Below are positions 36,502 through 45,536 of a stretch of DNA of 64,000 bases, one piece after another. Origin of the DNA: a virus (taxonomy: Duplodnaviria > Caudoviricetes). Position 1 is the stretch's first letter; each line of letters begins with the position of its first letter. The DNA lies in IMG/VR virus record IMGVR_UViG_2863283106_000001, positions 32,001 through 96,000 of that record; one strand, 5' to 3'. The notes under the pieces were generated by a model. It searched no databases and was not told where the DNA came from. It worked only from the letters and a program-made list of their open reading frames with translations. A program made the position numbers and the translations under genes.

Positions 36502-37131
36502 GTGGTCCGCATGACCGCCCAGCAGTACAAGGAGCTCATGGCGCGCCGCCGCGGTCCCCAGCCCGCGGCGGCCGCCGCCGTGGCGCAGCGGAGACCGGCC
36601 GCGCACCCGGGCCTTCCGTCCGTTCCGGAACCGCCCGCGCTCGAGCCGTTGCTCGCCGGCCTGTCCGGCGTCGGTCGCACCTGGTCACTGCTCATGCCGT
36701 ACGCCGAGAAGATGCTGACCAGCAACCAGCGGCTCCACTGGCGGCGAGAGCACGAGATCCGGAAACAGCTTCGCGCGGACGCCACCAGCCTGATCGCAGC
36801 GCACCGTCTGCCCCGCCTGCAGCGCGCGGCGATCTTCTACGTGCTGCACCCCCGGCCGCTCAAGCGGTCCCGGGACCCGGGGAACTGGTCGCCGACCGCG
36901 AAGGCGTACGTCGACGGACTGGTCACCCCAACCCCCGAACGGCCGTCGGAGCGCCACCTGTTGCCAGATGACGACCACGAGCACCTCCTGGGCCCGAACC
37001 CCGTCATGGGTGCGCCCGTCACCACCGGGTACGCCCGCATGACCCTCGTCATCGTGGAACTCGTCGAGCCGGTGACCAGCGGAAACGCCGAAACCGTAAC
37101 AGGAACCAGTGATCCGACGTACAGAAGCTGA
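36502..37131 (+). CDS. RusA-like Holliday junction resolvase
   Basis: NQRLHW..RDPGNW.PT.KA.VDGL..LPDDD. Confidence 0.65.
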   Translation: MVRMTAQQYKELMARRRGPQPAAAAAVAQRRPAAHPGLPSVPEPPALEPLLAGLSGVGRTWSLLMPYAEKMLTSNQRLHWRREHEIRKQLRADATSLIAAHRLPRLQRAAIFYVLHPRPLKRSRDPGNWSPTAKAYVDGLVTPTPERPSERHLLPDDDHEHLLGPNPVMGAPVTTGYARMTLVIVELVEPVTSGNAETVTGTSDPTYRS

Positions 37132-37172
37132 GGGCTGGCCCGCCCTCGCCACCACCAAGGAGATGCCCCTCC

Positions 37173-37799
37173 ATGAGCACCACTTCCACGCCACCGACTG
37201 TGAGCGGTGAGCCCATACTCGACCTGGTCCGCGGCGCGTATGCACGCAGTGGCACGTTGCTCGACCGCGACGTCGTGGACCTCCACCTCCTCGAGGCCGC
37301 CGACAAGGCGGCGTGTTCCCTGCTGCGGGACCAGTGGACGGACGGTTTCCCCGTCGCCGCATACTCGGAACTCCTGTCGACGATCGCCGCACTGCGGAGC
37401 ATCCTCGGTTACTCCCCGACGCCGACAGCCCGCGACGCCAACACCTGGGCGCGCCGTGTGGGCCACGCGTCCAAGGAAGCGGCGGGCGACGACGCGGACT
37501 TCTACGAAGTGCAGATCATCGATGGCCCACACAAGGGGATCATCCTGCCCCTGTGGGGGCCGAAGATGCCCCAGACGCCCGACGCGTTGGCCGGCCCGCC
37601 CCTCACGCTGGAGCTGCCGATAGAACGCGGGGACAGCACGGACATGGAGTACGGCAGCGCCTACTACCGCCGGTGCACGAAGCCCCGCCCGACCACCATG
37701 CAGTGGGACTACCAGATCGACCGCGAACGCCCGTTCCCCGCCGAGGGGTCCCGCCCGAGCATGCTCCCCGCCGCGGGCGGTCAGGAGGGCCGCGCGTGA
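37173..37799 (+). CDS. Hypothetical protein
   Basis: AAGGAG RBS; first gene of a coupled operon. Confidence 0.6.
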   Translation: MSTTSTPPTVSGEPILDLVRGAYARSGTLLDRDVVDLHLLEAADKAACSLLRDQWTDGFPVAAYSELLSTIAALRSILGYSPTPTARDANTWARRVGHASKEAAGDDADFYEVQIIDGPHKGIILPLWGPKMPQTPDALAGPPLTLELPIERGDSTDMEYGSAYYRRCTKPRPTTMQWDYQIDRERPFPAEGSRPSMLPAAGGQEGRA

Positions 37800-38038
37800 T
37801 GCCTCTCCTGTCCGCCGTCATCCCGTCCCCGGCCGCAGACGCCGCGCACGACGCTGCGCACGAGACCGCAGCCCGGTTCCAGCACGGCGCCTACTCGGTG
37901 CCCTGCCCGGAGTGCCACGTCCCGGCCGGTGTGCTCTGCCTCGCCCGCCGCAACGTCCACGCCGCCCGCCGGAACGCCTACCGGCAGAACCCGAAGCCCA
38001 CCGGCCTGGTGCCGCTCCTCGTGGGACGTGTCCGATGA
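37799..38038 (+). CDS. Small zinc-finger protein
   Basis: CPECHVPAGVLC..H..R; TGATG overlap. Confidence 0.6.
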   Translation: MPLLSAVIPSPAADAAHDAAHETAARFQHGAYSVPCPECHVPAGVLCLARRNVHAARRNAYRQNPKPTGLVPLLVGRVR

Positions 38039-38292
38039 GCGCCACGGCGGCCGAAGCCGCGCATCACGCCGCGGTCTGGGCCGGGCGCGCCGAGAGCGCC
38101 CACAAGGCGGTGCAGACCCGTCGGGAGCAGGCCCACAAGATGGCTGACCAGCGCTACAGCGCTGCCGCCCGCGACTGGCACGAGCGTGCCGACGCGGCGA
38201 AGGAAGAACGCGGCACGGCGGTGACCATGGCGAACATGTGGGCCAGCGTCGCCGGCGTTCTCCACCTGGTCGAGGCTGGTGAGTCGTCGTGA
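38035..38292 (+). CDS. Hypothetical helical protein
   Basis: ATGA/GTGA overlaps. Confidence 0.55.
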   Translation: MSATAAEAAHHAAVWAGRAESAHKAVQTRREQAHKMADQRYSAAARDWHERADAAKEERGTAVTMANMWASVAGVLHLVEAGESS

Positions 38293-38921
38293 GCGCGCTC
38301 GCCGTCGAGACGACGGCCGCGCCCGAGTGGGCTGGCCGCCTGGTCGTGCGCGCCGCGGGTCACTCGCACCTGCACGTCGCCGTGGAGGGCGCCGTGGCCC
38401 CGCGGGTGCCGGTGTTCACCGTGCCGCTGGAGTGCGCGCCGGACGCCGAGCAGGCGCCCGGGGTGCGGCCGTGGGACGGGCCGGTCACCGCGTCGGACAT
38501 TTGCCCGGCCTGCCTGCGCGCCCTGCGCGGGGAGCCGGAGCCCGAGCGGCCGCGCCCCGTTCCCTCCGGCGTCGCCGAGGAGCTGCCGGAGCCGGACCGC
38601 CGCGGACGCCACCTGTGGGCCGTCCCGGAACCGGTGACGTACGCCCCGGCTCCCCTGCCCTCCGAGCACGCCGGCCGGCCGATCACCTGGTCGGCCTGGA
38701 CGAAGTCGCCGGTCCTCTCCCACTACGACCCGTCGTGTGAGTGGTGCGGGGACCCGGGTCCCGGCGAGATGGCCGGCGGCCGCCAGACCAACCCCCTGCG
38801 CCGGTATGTCGCTTACAGGTGCACCGCCTGCCAGGAGATGACCGCGTACGAGCAGGTCGGGAGCGAGCTCCAGACCATCGTTCACCACAAGTCCCGCGCC
38901 CCGAAGGACTGCAACCGATGA
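38289..38921 (+). CDS. Zn-ribbon protein
   Basis: CPAC, CEWC, CTAC; coupled. Confidence 0.6.
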   Translation: MSALAVETTAAPEWAGRLVVRAAGHSHLHVAVEGAVAPRVPVFTVPLECAPDAEQAPGVRPWDGPVTASDICPACLRALRGEPEPERPRPVPSGVAEELPEPDRRGRHLWAVPEPVTYAPAPLPSEHAGRPITWSAWTKSPVLSHYDPSCEWCGDPGPGEMAGGRQTNPLRRYVAYRCTACQEMTAYEQVGSELQTIVHHKSRAPKDCNR

Positions 38922-39181
38922 CCACTGCCGTTGAAGCACCCGACACCGCCGACCTCGAGCAGCTCATCGCCCTGATCGCGTGCGGCCGCACCCGCCCCGG
39001 CAAGACGAAGGCCTGCGACCGCTGCGCGAAGAGGGGTCGCGCCCTGTTGGAGTTCGCCGCGCTGGGCACCATCGACGCCCTCGCCGCAGCGATATGCCGC
39101 TCCGAGGTCCGCCGGTCCTGCGCCCCGTGCGTGGAGAAGGCCCTCGAGATCATCAGCGTCTACAACGAGGGGGCCCAGTGA
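38918..39181 (+). CDS. Cys-rich small protein
   Basis: Internal repeat C..CxxC x2; coupled. Confidence 0.55.
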   Translation: MTTAVEAPDTADLEQLIALIACGRTRPGKTKACDRCAKRGRALLEFAALGTIDALAAAICRSEVRRSCAPCVEKALEIISVYNEGAQ

Positions 39182-39642
39182 CCACCGCAATCGCTCCGAT
39201 CGCTCCGCCGCGTGCAGCGGTCGCTTTCGACCTCGAGGGCGGCCTTGCCAACGTGACGCGCATCCACCGTCTGGCCGGCGACTCCTCCAGGTTCTACCGG
39301 GCGATCCTCAAGTGCCCCGCGAACCGGGACGTCGTGCGGGCCGCCAAGGAGGCGCACCAGAGCGGGAAGACCGTCATCATCATGACCGGCGGGGACCAGC
39401 GCAACGCGCCCCTCGTGGCCCAGTGGCTGGCCCGCCACAGGGTGCCCTCGACCCTGGTCCTGATGCGCGGCCGCGGCGACTACCGGCCCAGCGCCGTGGT
39501 GAAGCGGGAGCGGCTGCGGGCCGCGCACCGCCAGTTCCCCAACCTCACCGTGTGGAGCGCTGACCCGAGCGTGGCCCGCCTGTCCGAGCAGGAGGGCATC
39601 ACCGTCACGGAGCTGCCCGGGTACTGGGGGGATGCCCTGTGA
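39178..39642 (+). CDS. HAD-fold protein resembling the T4 PNK (PseT) 3'-phosphatase domain, with a degenerate motif I
   Basis: VAFDLEGGLA (canonical DxDGT), IIMTG, LMRGRGDYRP..VK. Confidence 0.6.
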   Translation: MTTAIAPIAPPRAAVAFDLEGGLANVTRIHRLAGDSSRFYRAILKCPANRDVVRAAKEAHQSGKTVIIMTGGDQRNAPLVAQWLARHRVPSTLVLMRGRGDYRPSAVVKRERLRAAHRQFPNLTVWSADPSVARLSEQEGITVTELPGYWGDAL

Positions 39643-39812
39643 CCGGCGAAGTTGGCCACGCCTCCGTGTTCATCGCCCCCGTCGGGACTCCGCCCGACGC
39701 GGCCGGCGCCTGGACGCACATCGGTTACACCGAGGGACCCGCATTCGAGGCCGCCGACGAGGCGGAAACTGCCGGGCCTCCCCCGGCACAGGCCATCGAG
39801 GGACCGCGGTGA
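39639..39812 (+). CDS. 57-aa ORF resembling the N-terminus of actinophage major tail proteins
   Basis: Not in the ORF track; MTGEVGHASVFIAPVGTPPDAAGAWTHIGYTEG...; GTGA overlaps at both ends. Confidence 0.5.
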   Translation: MTGEVGHASVFIAPVGTPPDAAGAWTHIGYTEGPAFEAADEAETAGPPPAQAIEGPR

Positions 39813-40186
39813 ACAAGCCCGGCAACCACGAGCTCGCCCCCGAGGAGTTGCCCACGCTCCTCGGGGGCGAGTTGCCTCCCGTCCTGCCTCTCGAAGGATG
39901 GCGACCGGTGACGCTGCACTGCCAGGTCGACGCGATCGGCCCGTCCGACCGACACCCCGACCTGGTCAAGCTCGAGGTCTCGTTCCCGCCCGTGCAGGCC
40001 CCGCCCGTGCAGGCCCCGCCTGTCATGCGGGCGCCGCTCATCGGGCAGCCCATCCAGGAGATCCGGCTTGTCTGCGGAACGTGCGGTCTGGTGCCCGTGG
40101 AGGAGCATCCCCGCATCCTTGACGTCCTGCGGTGCGTGAACTGCAAGGAGCACCTGGGCGTCGGCCGGTTCGAGGGATCGACGTGA
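39809..40186 (+). CDS. Zn-ribbon hypothetical protein
   Basis: CGTC...CVNC; coupled. Confidence 0.55.
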   Translation: MNKPGNHELAPEELPTLLGGELPPVLPLEGWRPVTLHCQVDAIGPSDRHPDLVKLEVSFPPVQAPPVQAPPVMRAPLIGQPIQEIRLVCGTCGLVPVEEHPRILDVLRCVNCKEHLGVGRFEGST

Positions 40187-40464
40187 AAGGCATCTATCAC
40201 CTGGCCGAGTCCTCCCGGCTCTACGGCGGCCTCGCGCAGTGGATGGAGGCTGAGCAGCGGCGCGCGGCTGAGGCGGCCCGGTGCTGGGCGTGGCGGTGCG
40301 TGCAGGCGCGGCAGATCGTCGCGCCGACGCCCATCCCCTCGCAGTTGGCTCGGGAGTGGTTCGGGGTGGAGCCGGCGGACCCGCCCCAGCCGCCCCCCGT
40401 TCCGGAGAGCGTGCGGCTGCTGCTGAGCGTCGCCGCCCCCCTACTCGATTCTCGGTGGGATTGA
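40183..40464 (+). CDS. Hypothetical protein
   Basis: GTGA overlap. Confidence 0.45.
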   Translation: MKGIYHLAESSRLYGGLAQWMEAEQRRAAEAARCWAWRCVQARQIVAPTPIPSQLAREWFGVEPADPPQPPPVPESVRLLLSVAAPLLDSRWD

Positions 40465-40543
40465 TGAATTTCGGCGAAATCTTCCAATCTCGTCGAAAGA
40501 TCGTGCACAATGAGGGCTGTTGCTGATCTAGAGGGGGGAACCG

Positions 40544-40798
40544 GTGGCCGACACCGAATCGCCGCGCGTCCTACGGCTCACGTTCGAGTTCCATGTGCCG
40601 GTCGGGCTGCCCACCAACATTCATGGCTCGCGTGTGACCAAGGCCGCAGAGGCGTTCACCAGCGCGGTGCAGGCCCTCGCCAGCCAGGTCTTCCCCTGGG
40701 CGGACCGCATCGAGGTCCGACGCGAGTGGTGCTACGCCTGGCAGGACAAGTCCGAAACGGTCCACTTGCCAGCCACGGACAAGAACACCCCGAAGTAG
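40544..40798 (+). CDS. Hypothetical protein
   Basis: Purine-rich RBS and an AT-rich upstream region. Confidence 0.5.
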   Translation: MADTESPRVLRLTFEFHVPVGLPTNIHGSRVTKAAEAFTSAVQALASQVFPWADRIEVRREWCYAWQDKSETVHLPATDKNTPK

Positions 40799-40962
40799 CC
40801 ACAGAACTCAGCACCACAGCGCGATAACCGAACACTGGCGTCATGGCCAACCCCCGGCGGAGAGCAACCGTCGGAACCACGAAGTGAAGGAACACCCCGA
40901 TGCCCTCGCGTACCGCAGCCCTTGTCCGTCCGTCCGCGTCTCTTCTGTCGAGGTGACGTGAC

Positions 40963-43002
40963 GTGTCCACACCTCGAGTTACGCCGGATCACGTCACCTC
41001 GGCTACGGAAGCCGCTTACGAGGCCTTCACCGTTACCAGGCCCTCCCGCAGCTCCCGCATGCTGCGCATCGCGTGCACCGTCGTGCAGCGCCGCGCCCCC
41101 TACTTCGCCCCTCCCGTCGTCGCCGGAACGTGGGGGAGCTGGATCTACGCCTCCGCGTGGATTGGTGACCCGGGGCTGGAATGGCCGATCGCCTACGGCA
41201 CGGCGGGCGCTGTGCTGGGCGCGGCCACGGTCGGGGCCACTGTCCTGGGTATCCGGCACCCGATCGCGCTGCCCGCCCTGTACGGCGGCGCCGTGGCGTC
41301 GGGCACGCTGCTGTGGTCGGCGTGGCAGACCGCGTTCCCGTCTGCACCTGGCGCGGCCGTCGGCCTGGTGGGTGCCATCGCGGCCGGTGTCCCGTACTGG
41401 CTATGGCTGGCCAAGCACCGCCTGAACCGCGCCAAGATCGACAGCAAGACCGTGAAGCAGGCTGCGGCCGTGCCTGTCGAAGTGGTCCTGGCGCCCGACG
41501 ACGTCGCCGGCGCGCTGGCCGCCACGGGGACGCCCGGCGCGACCCTCGAGCAGATGCTCCGCCACCCTGATGGCGCGTGGACCGCCATCCTCTCTCTGCC
41601 GGTCGGTGTCTCCCCCCGGGACATCGCCGGCAGTGCGCAGCGTGTCGCGCGTCTGCAGGCCGCTTTGCGTCTGGCGCCCGGCTGGACGCTCGAGGTCGGG
41701 GACGGCGGTGCCTCGCACCACCTGATCGTCACCGCCCGGCCGCCCGCCCCGCAGAACACGGTCACCATTCCCTCCCGGCACCCCATCCTCGACGAGCTGG
41801 AGGAGTGGGACCCCTGGCAGCCGGTCCTCGTTGCGATCGACCTGGACACCGGCGAGGGCGTCCACCTGCACCTGCTGGCCCGCGCCGGCATCCTCATCGC
41901 CGGTCTGCAGCGCATGGGTAAGTCCGTGCTGCTGTCGGTGGTCGTGGCGCACCTGGCGCTCGCCGGGGCGCGGCTGATCCTCGCGGACGCCAAGCTGGTT
42001 GAGCTGTCCCTGTGGGCGCCGCTGTGCCAGCACGAAGACGACTTCATCGGCCGCGACCCCGCCGCGTTCCTGGCGAAGCTGCTGGAGCTGCAGCGGGAAA
42101 TCGACGTCCGCTACGCCCGCCTGGTGCGGGAGGGCCGCACGAAGGCGGAGCCGGGCGACGGGTGGACCACGATCGCGCTCATCGTCGACGAGCTGGCGGC
42201 GTTCATCGACATCCCGGACCGCAAGCTCCGTGGGCAGATCGTGTCCGTGCTGCGGGACATCCTCTCCCGTGGCCCGGCCTGCCTCGTCCCAGTCGTCCTT
42301 GCCACGCAGAAGCCGGAGGACAAGGTCGTCCCCTCTCAGATCCGCGACGTCTGCGGGCAGAAGGTCGCGCTGGCGACGACCACGCCGGAGATGACGGACA
42401 CCATCCTCGGGCGTGGTTGGGCCGCCAAGGGCGCGGCCGCGCACCTGATCGGCGAGTCGGAGAAGGGCAAGGCGTACCTCCTCGAGGACGGCTCCCGGCC
42501 GCGGAAGGTGCAGACGTTCCCGTTCGAGCCGCCGGAGCGCCACGAGGTCATCACCGTTGTCCGTGAGCTGTGGCCCGACCGCCCCGGTGCCCGGGTGCCG
42601 CTGCCCGGCGCCGAGGACCAGGATCCGGACCCTGTGCCGCCGACTCCCCCGCCGGGCGGCGGTGGCGGTGGTGGTCCGCGTGGCGGCCGGCCGCACCTGC
42701 GGCCGGTGCTGACGTACCCGGACGGTTCCCGCATCGAGGAGAACCGAAAGCCGTTGTGGGAGGCGCTGCAGCAGGCCGGCCCGGAAGGGCTGACCAAGCC
42801 GGAGGCGGTCAAGCGCGGCATCTGTAACCACCACACGACCATCAACCCGTGGCTGGCCCAGTGGGTCCGCGCGGGCTGGGTCGAGGAGTCCGGTAAGCGC
42901 GACCGGGCTGTCGTCTACGTCCTCACCGCAGCTCAGCACACCCCCACCCCCGAAGCGTCCGCCACCAGCGAGGAGAGCACCGCATGCCGCACGAGCCTGT
43001 GA
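40963..43002 (+). CDS. traB: TraB-like FtsK/SpoIIIE conjugative DNA translocase
   Basis: N-terminal TMs; Walker A GLQRMGKS, DAK.VEL, Walker B LIVDELA, ATQKP; Pro/Gly linker and C-terminal winged helix. Confidence 0.85.
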   Translation: MSTPRVTPDHVTSATEAAYEAFTVTRPSRSSRMLRIACTVVQRRAPYFAPPVVAGTWGSWIYASAWIGDPGLEWPIAYGTAGAVLGAATVGATVLGIRHPIALPALYGGAVASGTLLWSAWQTAFPSAPGAAVGLVGAIAAGVPYWLWLAKHRLNRAKIDSKTVKQAAAVPVEVVLAPDDVAGALAATGTPGATLEQMLRHPDGAWTAILSLPVGVSPRDIAGSAQRVARLQAALRLAPGWTLEVGDGGASHHLIVTARPPAPQNTVTIPSRHPILDELEEWDPWQPVLVAIDLDTGEGVHLHLLARAGILIAGLQRMGKSVLLSVVVAHLALAGARLILADAKLVELSLWAPLCQHEDDFIGRDPAAFLAKLLELQREIDVRYARLVREGRTKAEPGDGWTTIALIVDELAAFIDIPDRKLRGQIVSVLRDILSRGPACLVPVVLATQKPEDKVVPSQIRDVCGQKVALATTTPEMTDTILGRGWAAKGAAAHLIGESEKGKAYLLEDGSRPRKVQTFPFEPPERHEVITVVRELWPDRPGARVPLPGAEDQDPDPVPPTPPPGGGGGGGPRGGRPHLRPVLTYPDGSRIEENRKPLWEALQQAGPEGLTKPEAVKRGICNHHTTINPWLAQWVRAGWVEESGKRDRAVVYVLTAAQHTPTPEASATSEESTACRTSL

Positions 43003-43313
43003 TCCCGTCGAACGTCTACCCGGGCAACATGGCGCCGCACATGCCCATCGAGCAGTACCGGGCGGCGCACGGCTGCACCTGCGGGCACGCGCACGGCCAC
43101 GGCCAGGTGCCCGCGCAGCAGATCATCATCAAGCAGTCCGACCCGTGGGTGAAGTACCTGGCCATGGGCTTCGCCGGGGCCGGTATCGGCCTCATGGTGT
43201 TCGCCAGTGTCGTGGCGATGCTCATCGCGGCCGGGGTGTGCGCGCTGTGCGTCGCGGTGGCCTCCTGGGCGCTGCGCGGTCTCCTCAACGGTGGCAGGGG
43301 CGCCAAGAAGTAA
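42984..43313 (+). CDS. SpdD-like membrane spread protein
   Basis: Pro-rich N-terminus, two TMs, directly after traB. Confidence 0.55.
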   Translation: MPHEPVIPSNVYPGNMAPHMPIEQYRAAHGCTCGHAHGHGQVPAQQIIIKQSDPWVKYLAMGFAGAGIGLMVFASVVAMLIAAGVCALCVAVASWALRGLLNGGRGAKK

Positions 43314-43404
43314 GAGCGCGCGACAGTTTCGGGGGAGGGCCCTGGCCGGCTGGTCGGGGCCTTTGCCGTGTCCGTGTCGGCGGTTCGTGCGATGATCCCC
43401 CGCC

Positions 43405-43866
43405 ATGGGGAGACATCGCATGTGGGGGAAGGCGGCCGGCGCTCTGGTCCTGGCCGCGGTCGTGAGCGGCTGCAGCGACTCAAGCGACTCAGCCGACAAG
43501 GGCGCCACGAAGCCGGCCGCGAAGGCGGTGACCGTGGGGGAGGCGACCGCCACGTTCCAGGCCGCGGTGACGAAGTTCGACACTGACGGCGGGTGCCTCG
43601 AGCAGGAGCCGGGCACGTGCTGGGAGCAGATGCAGGCGCTCATGAAACCCGCGCGTGACCTGCGGAAGGCGGCGAACGCCGACAAGAGCACCGGCCCGGA
43701 GTTCTGGTCAGAGGCATACGCGCTGATCGACACGATGGAGGACGGCATCGCAGTGGGCGAAGACAAGGGTTTCCCGGCCGGCGGTGACGCCCTGACGAAC
43801 CGGGACGAGGTCCTCGGATCCGCTCATGACCTGTCGGACTGGTTGGCCGCGCACCCCGTCCAGTAG
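43405..43866 (+). CDS. Lipoprotein
   Basis: Signal peptide with lipobox VSGC. Confidence 0.7.
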   Translation: MGRHRMWGKAAGALVLAAVVSGCSDSSDSADKGATKPAAKAVTVGEATATFQAAVTKFDTDGGCLEQEPGTCWEQMQALMKPARDLRKAANADKSTGPEFWSEAYALIDTMEDGIAVGEDKGFPAGGDALTNRDEVLGSAHDLSDWLAAHPVQ

Positions 43867-43886
43867 TGGAGGCCCTGAACGGTTGA

Positions 43887-43930
43887 AGGCCGCGTCAGCC
43901 CGGAGGGGGGGCGTCCGGCTGACGCGGCCT
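43887..43930. terminator. Stem-loop between convergent units
   Basis: AGGCCGCGTCAGCC...GGCTGACGCGGCCT. Confidence 0.6.
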
Positions 43931-44047
43931 TGCCACGCCGCGGCGGGGGGAGACCGCTGGAGTGGCAACTGTTGTGCGTGTGCCCGCGATGTTGAGGGTT
44001 ACACCATCCGAAGATCAGGAAAGTTCGCGCCAGCGCGGCCGGGGCCG

Positions 44048-44272
44048 TCAGTGGGCGTAGTCGTGCTGGACCTGCTCGGCGCGGCCGCGCGCGGCGATGG
44101 TCTCGGCAGCCTGCTCGAGGGCGACGCGGAACGGGTCGTGCGCGGCCTCGAGGACCGCGGTTCGCATGAACTCCTCCACGGTCTGCCCGACGGCGGCCGC
44201 GGCGTGCTGCACCCGTTCCCGCTCGGAGGCCGTCAGAGCGACCGTGAGGGCCTGGGCGCGCGCGGTATCCAT
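44048..44272 (-). CDS. RHH/DUF1778-like small DNA-binding protein
   Basis: LT..ER..V..AAA..GQTV.EF.R.A.L.AA. Confidence 0.6.
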   Translation of the reverse strand: MDTARAQALTVALTASERERVQHAAAAVGQTVEEFMRTAVLEAAHDPFRVALEQAAETIAARGRAEQVQHDYAH

Positions 44273-44320
44273 GCGGGGACGGTATCAGCGTCCTGGGGCC
44301 GTCAGAGGCCGCCGTGGGGC

Positions 44321-45334
44321 CTATGCGGTACTCTCCCCGGCCTGTTGCCGCGCGAGGAGGGTGCGGCGCATCGTCTCCCACCTGGTCGGCACCAGGTCCT
44401 CCTCCGGCACGCCGGCGGCGTCCTGCTTGATCTGCACGGCGTCGGCGAGCTTCTTGTACCACTTGCTGATGCCGCGGCGGCGGATCGGGACGCCGGCGTC
44501 GGGGTTGGGCGGGGTGGACAGCCACAGGTGCCGGGGGACTCCGCCCTGCAGGCGGTCGATCAGCCGGGTACGGCGGTCGAGCCAGTCCTCGAGGCGGCGG
44601 CCGGTGTCCGGGCTCAGGGGGATCGTCTCGGGCTCGGGCATCTTCCCGCGTAGGCCGCCCTGCGGCTGGCGCAGCAGGGTGAGGGTGCGGGTGTCGGCGG
44701 TGAGGACCAGGTCGTCGACGCGCATGGACTCCAGCTCGCCCAGGCGCGGCAGGACGTCGCGCATCACTGCCCACATGGCCAGGCCGCGCACGATGATGTC
44801 GGGCCGGTCGGTCTCGGGCCACTGGGCGGCCTCGTCCTCCAGGTGCTGGGTGATGAGGTCGGCCATCAGGGGGGAGACGGTGGGCCGTAGTCCCCACGGC
44901 GGTAGGTCGGGCATCTCGAACGGGATCTGCGCCTGGCGGGCGAGGGCCTCGAGGCAGAAGATCCGGATCCGCTCGGTGGTGTCGTAGCTGGTGGGGTCGG
45001 TGGACACCGTGGGCGCGGTGCGCAGGTATCCGCCGCGGCCGTAGAGCAGGTATGCGTGGACGGCGTCCGGGGCGAGGAGCTCGGCGAGGGAGTCGCCGGC
45101 TGTCTCGGTCAGGCCCAAGGGGAGCGCCAGGGCGAGCTCGCTGGCGACCCACTCGAGTTGCTGCAGGCGGGCGTCCGAGACGACGTCCTTGGCGGTGCCG
45201 TTGACCGTGCGGAACACGTCCAGGACCCGCTCGAGCTCCCGCAGGGCGGGCGGGGTCGAGGGGACAGCGGTCAGCGCGGCCGCCGGTGCGCGGCCGCGGC
45301 TGTCGTCGTCGAGGGGGCGGGCGGGCGAACTCAT
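44321..45334 (-). CDS. Degenerate tyrosine-recombinase-fold protein
   Basis: RGLAMWAV..PRLGEL..M.VDD..IPLS..L..WL..R; ends at WETMRRT without the catalytic H or Y. Confidence 0.6.
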   Translation of the reverse strand: MSSPARPLDDDSRGRAPAAALTAVPSTPPALRELERVLDVFRTVNGTAKDVVSDARLQQLEWVASELALALPLGLTETAGDSLAELLAPDAVHAYLLYGRGGYLRTAPTVSTDPTSYDTTERIRIFCLEALARQAQIPFEMPDLPPWGLRPTVSPLMADLITQHLEDEAAQWPETDRPDIIVRGLAMWAVMRDVLPRLGELESMRVDDLVLTADTRTLTLLRQPQGGLRGKMPEPETIPLSPDTGRRLEDWLDRRTRLIDRLQGGVPRHLWLSTPPNPDAGVPIRRRGISKWYKKLADAVQIKQDAAGVPEEDLVPTRWETMRRTLLARQQAGESTA

Positions 45335-45382
45335 GGCATAAGAGTGTGCACGCTCGCGGCCCCGTCGGGTGCACGCGGTGGG

Positions 45383-45451
45383 CTAGTTCAGCAGACTGCG
45401 GCGGGTGCCGTTGAAATACAGGGAGGCTCTCAGTGGTGTGGCACACTGCAT
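45383..45451 (-). CDS. Putative 22-aa peptide ending like the TerL C-terminus
   Basis: GAGGT RBS-like site; MQCATPLRASLYFNGTRRSLLN versus TerL ...RRRGLLN. Confidence 0.3.
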   Translation of the reverse strand: MQCATPLRASLYFNGTRRSLLN

Positions 45452-45536
45452 TTACCTCAAATGAGGGTTCAGCCCGCCCCGTCGACGCCGGGAAGCGTTT
45501 CTAACCCGACGGGGCGGGCCCTTTTGCATGATCAGC

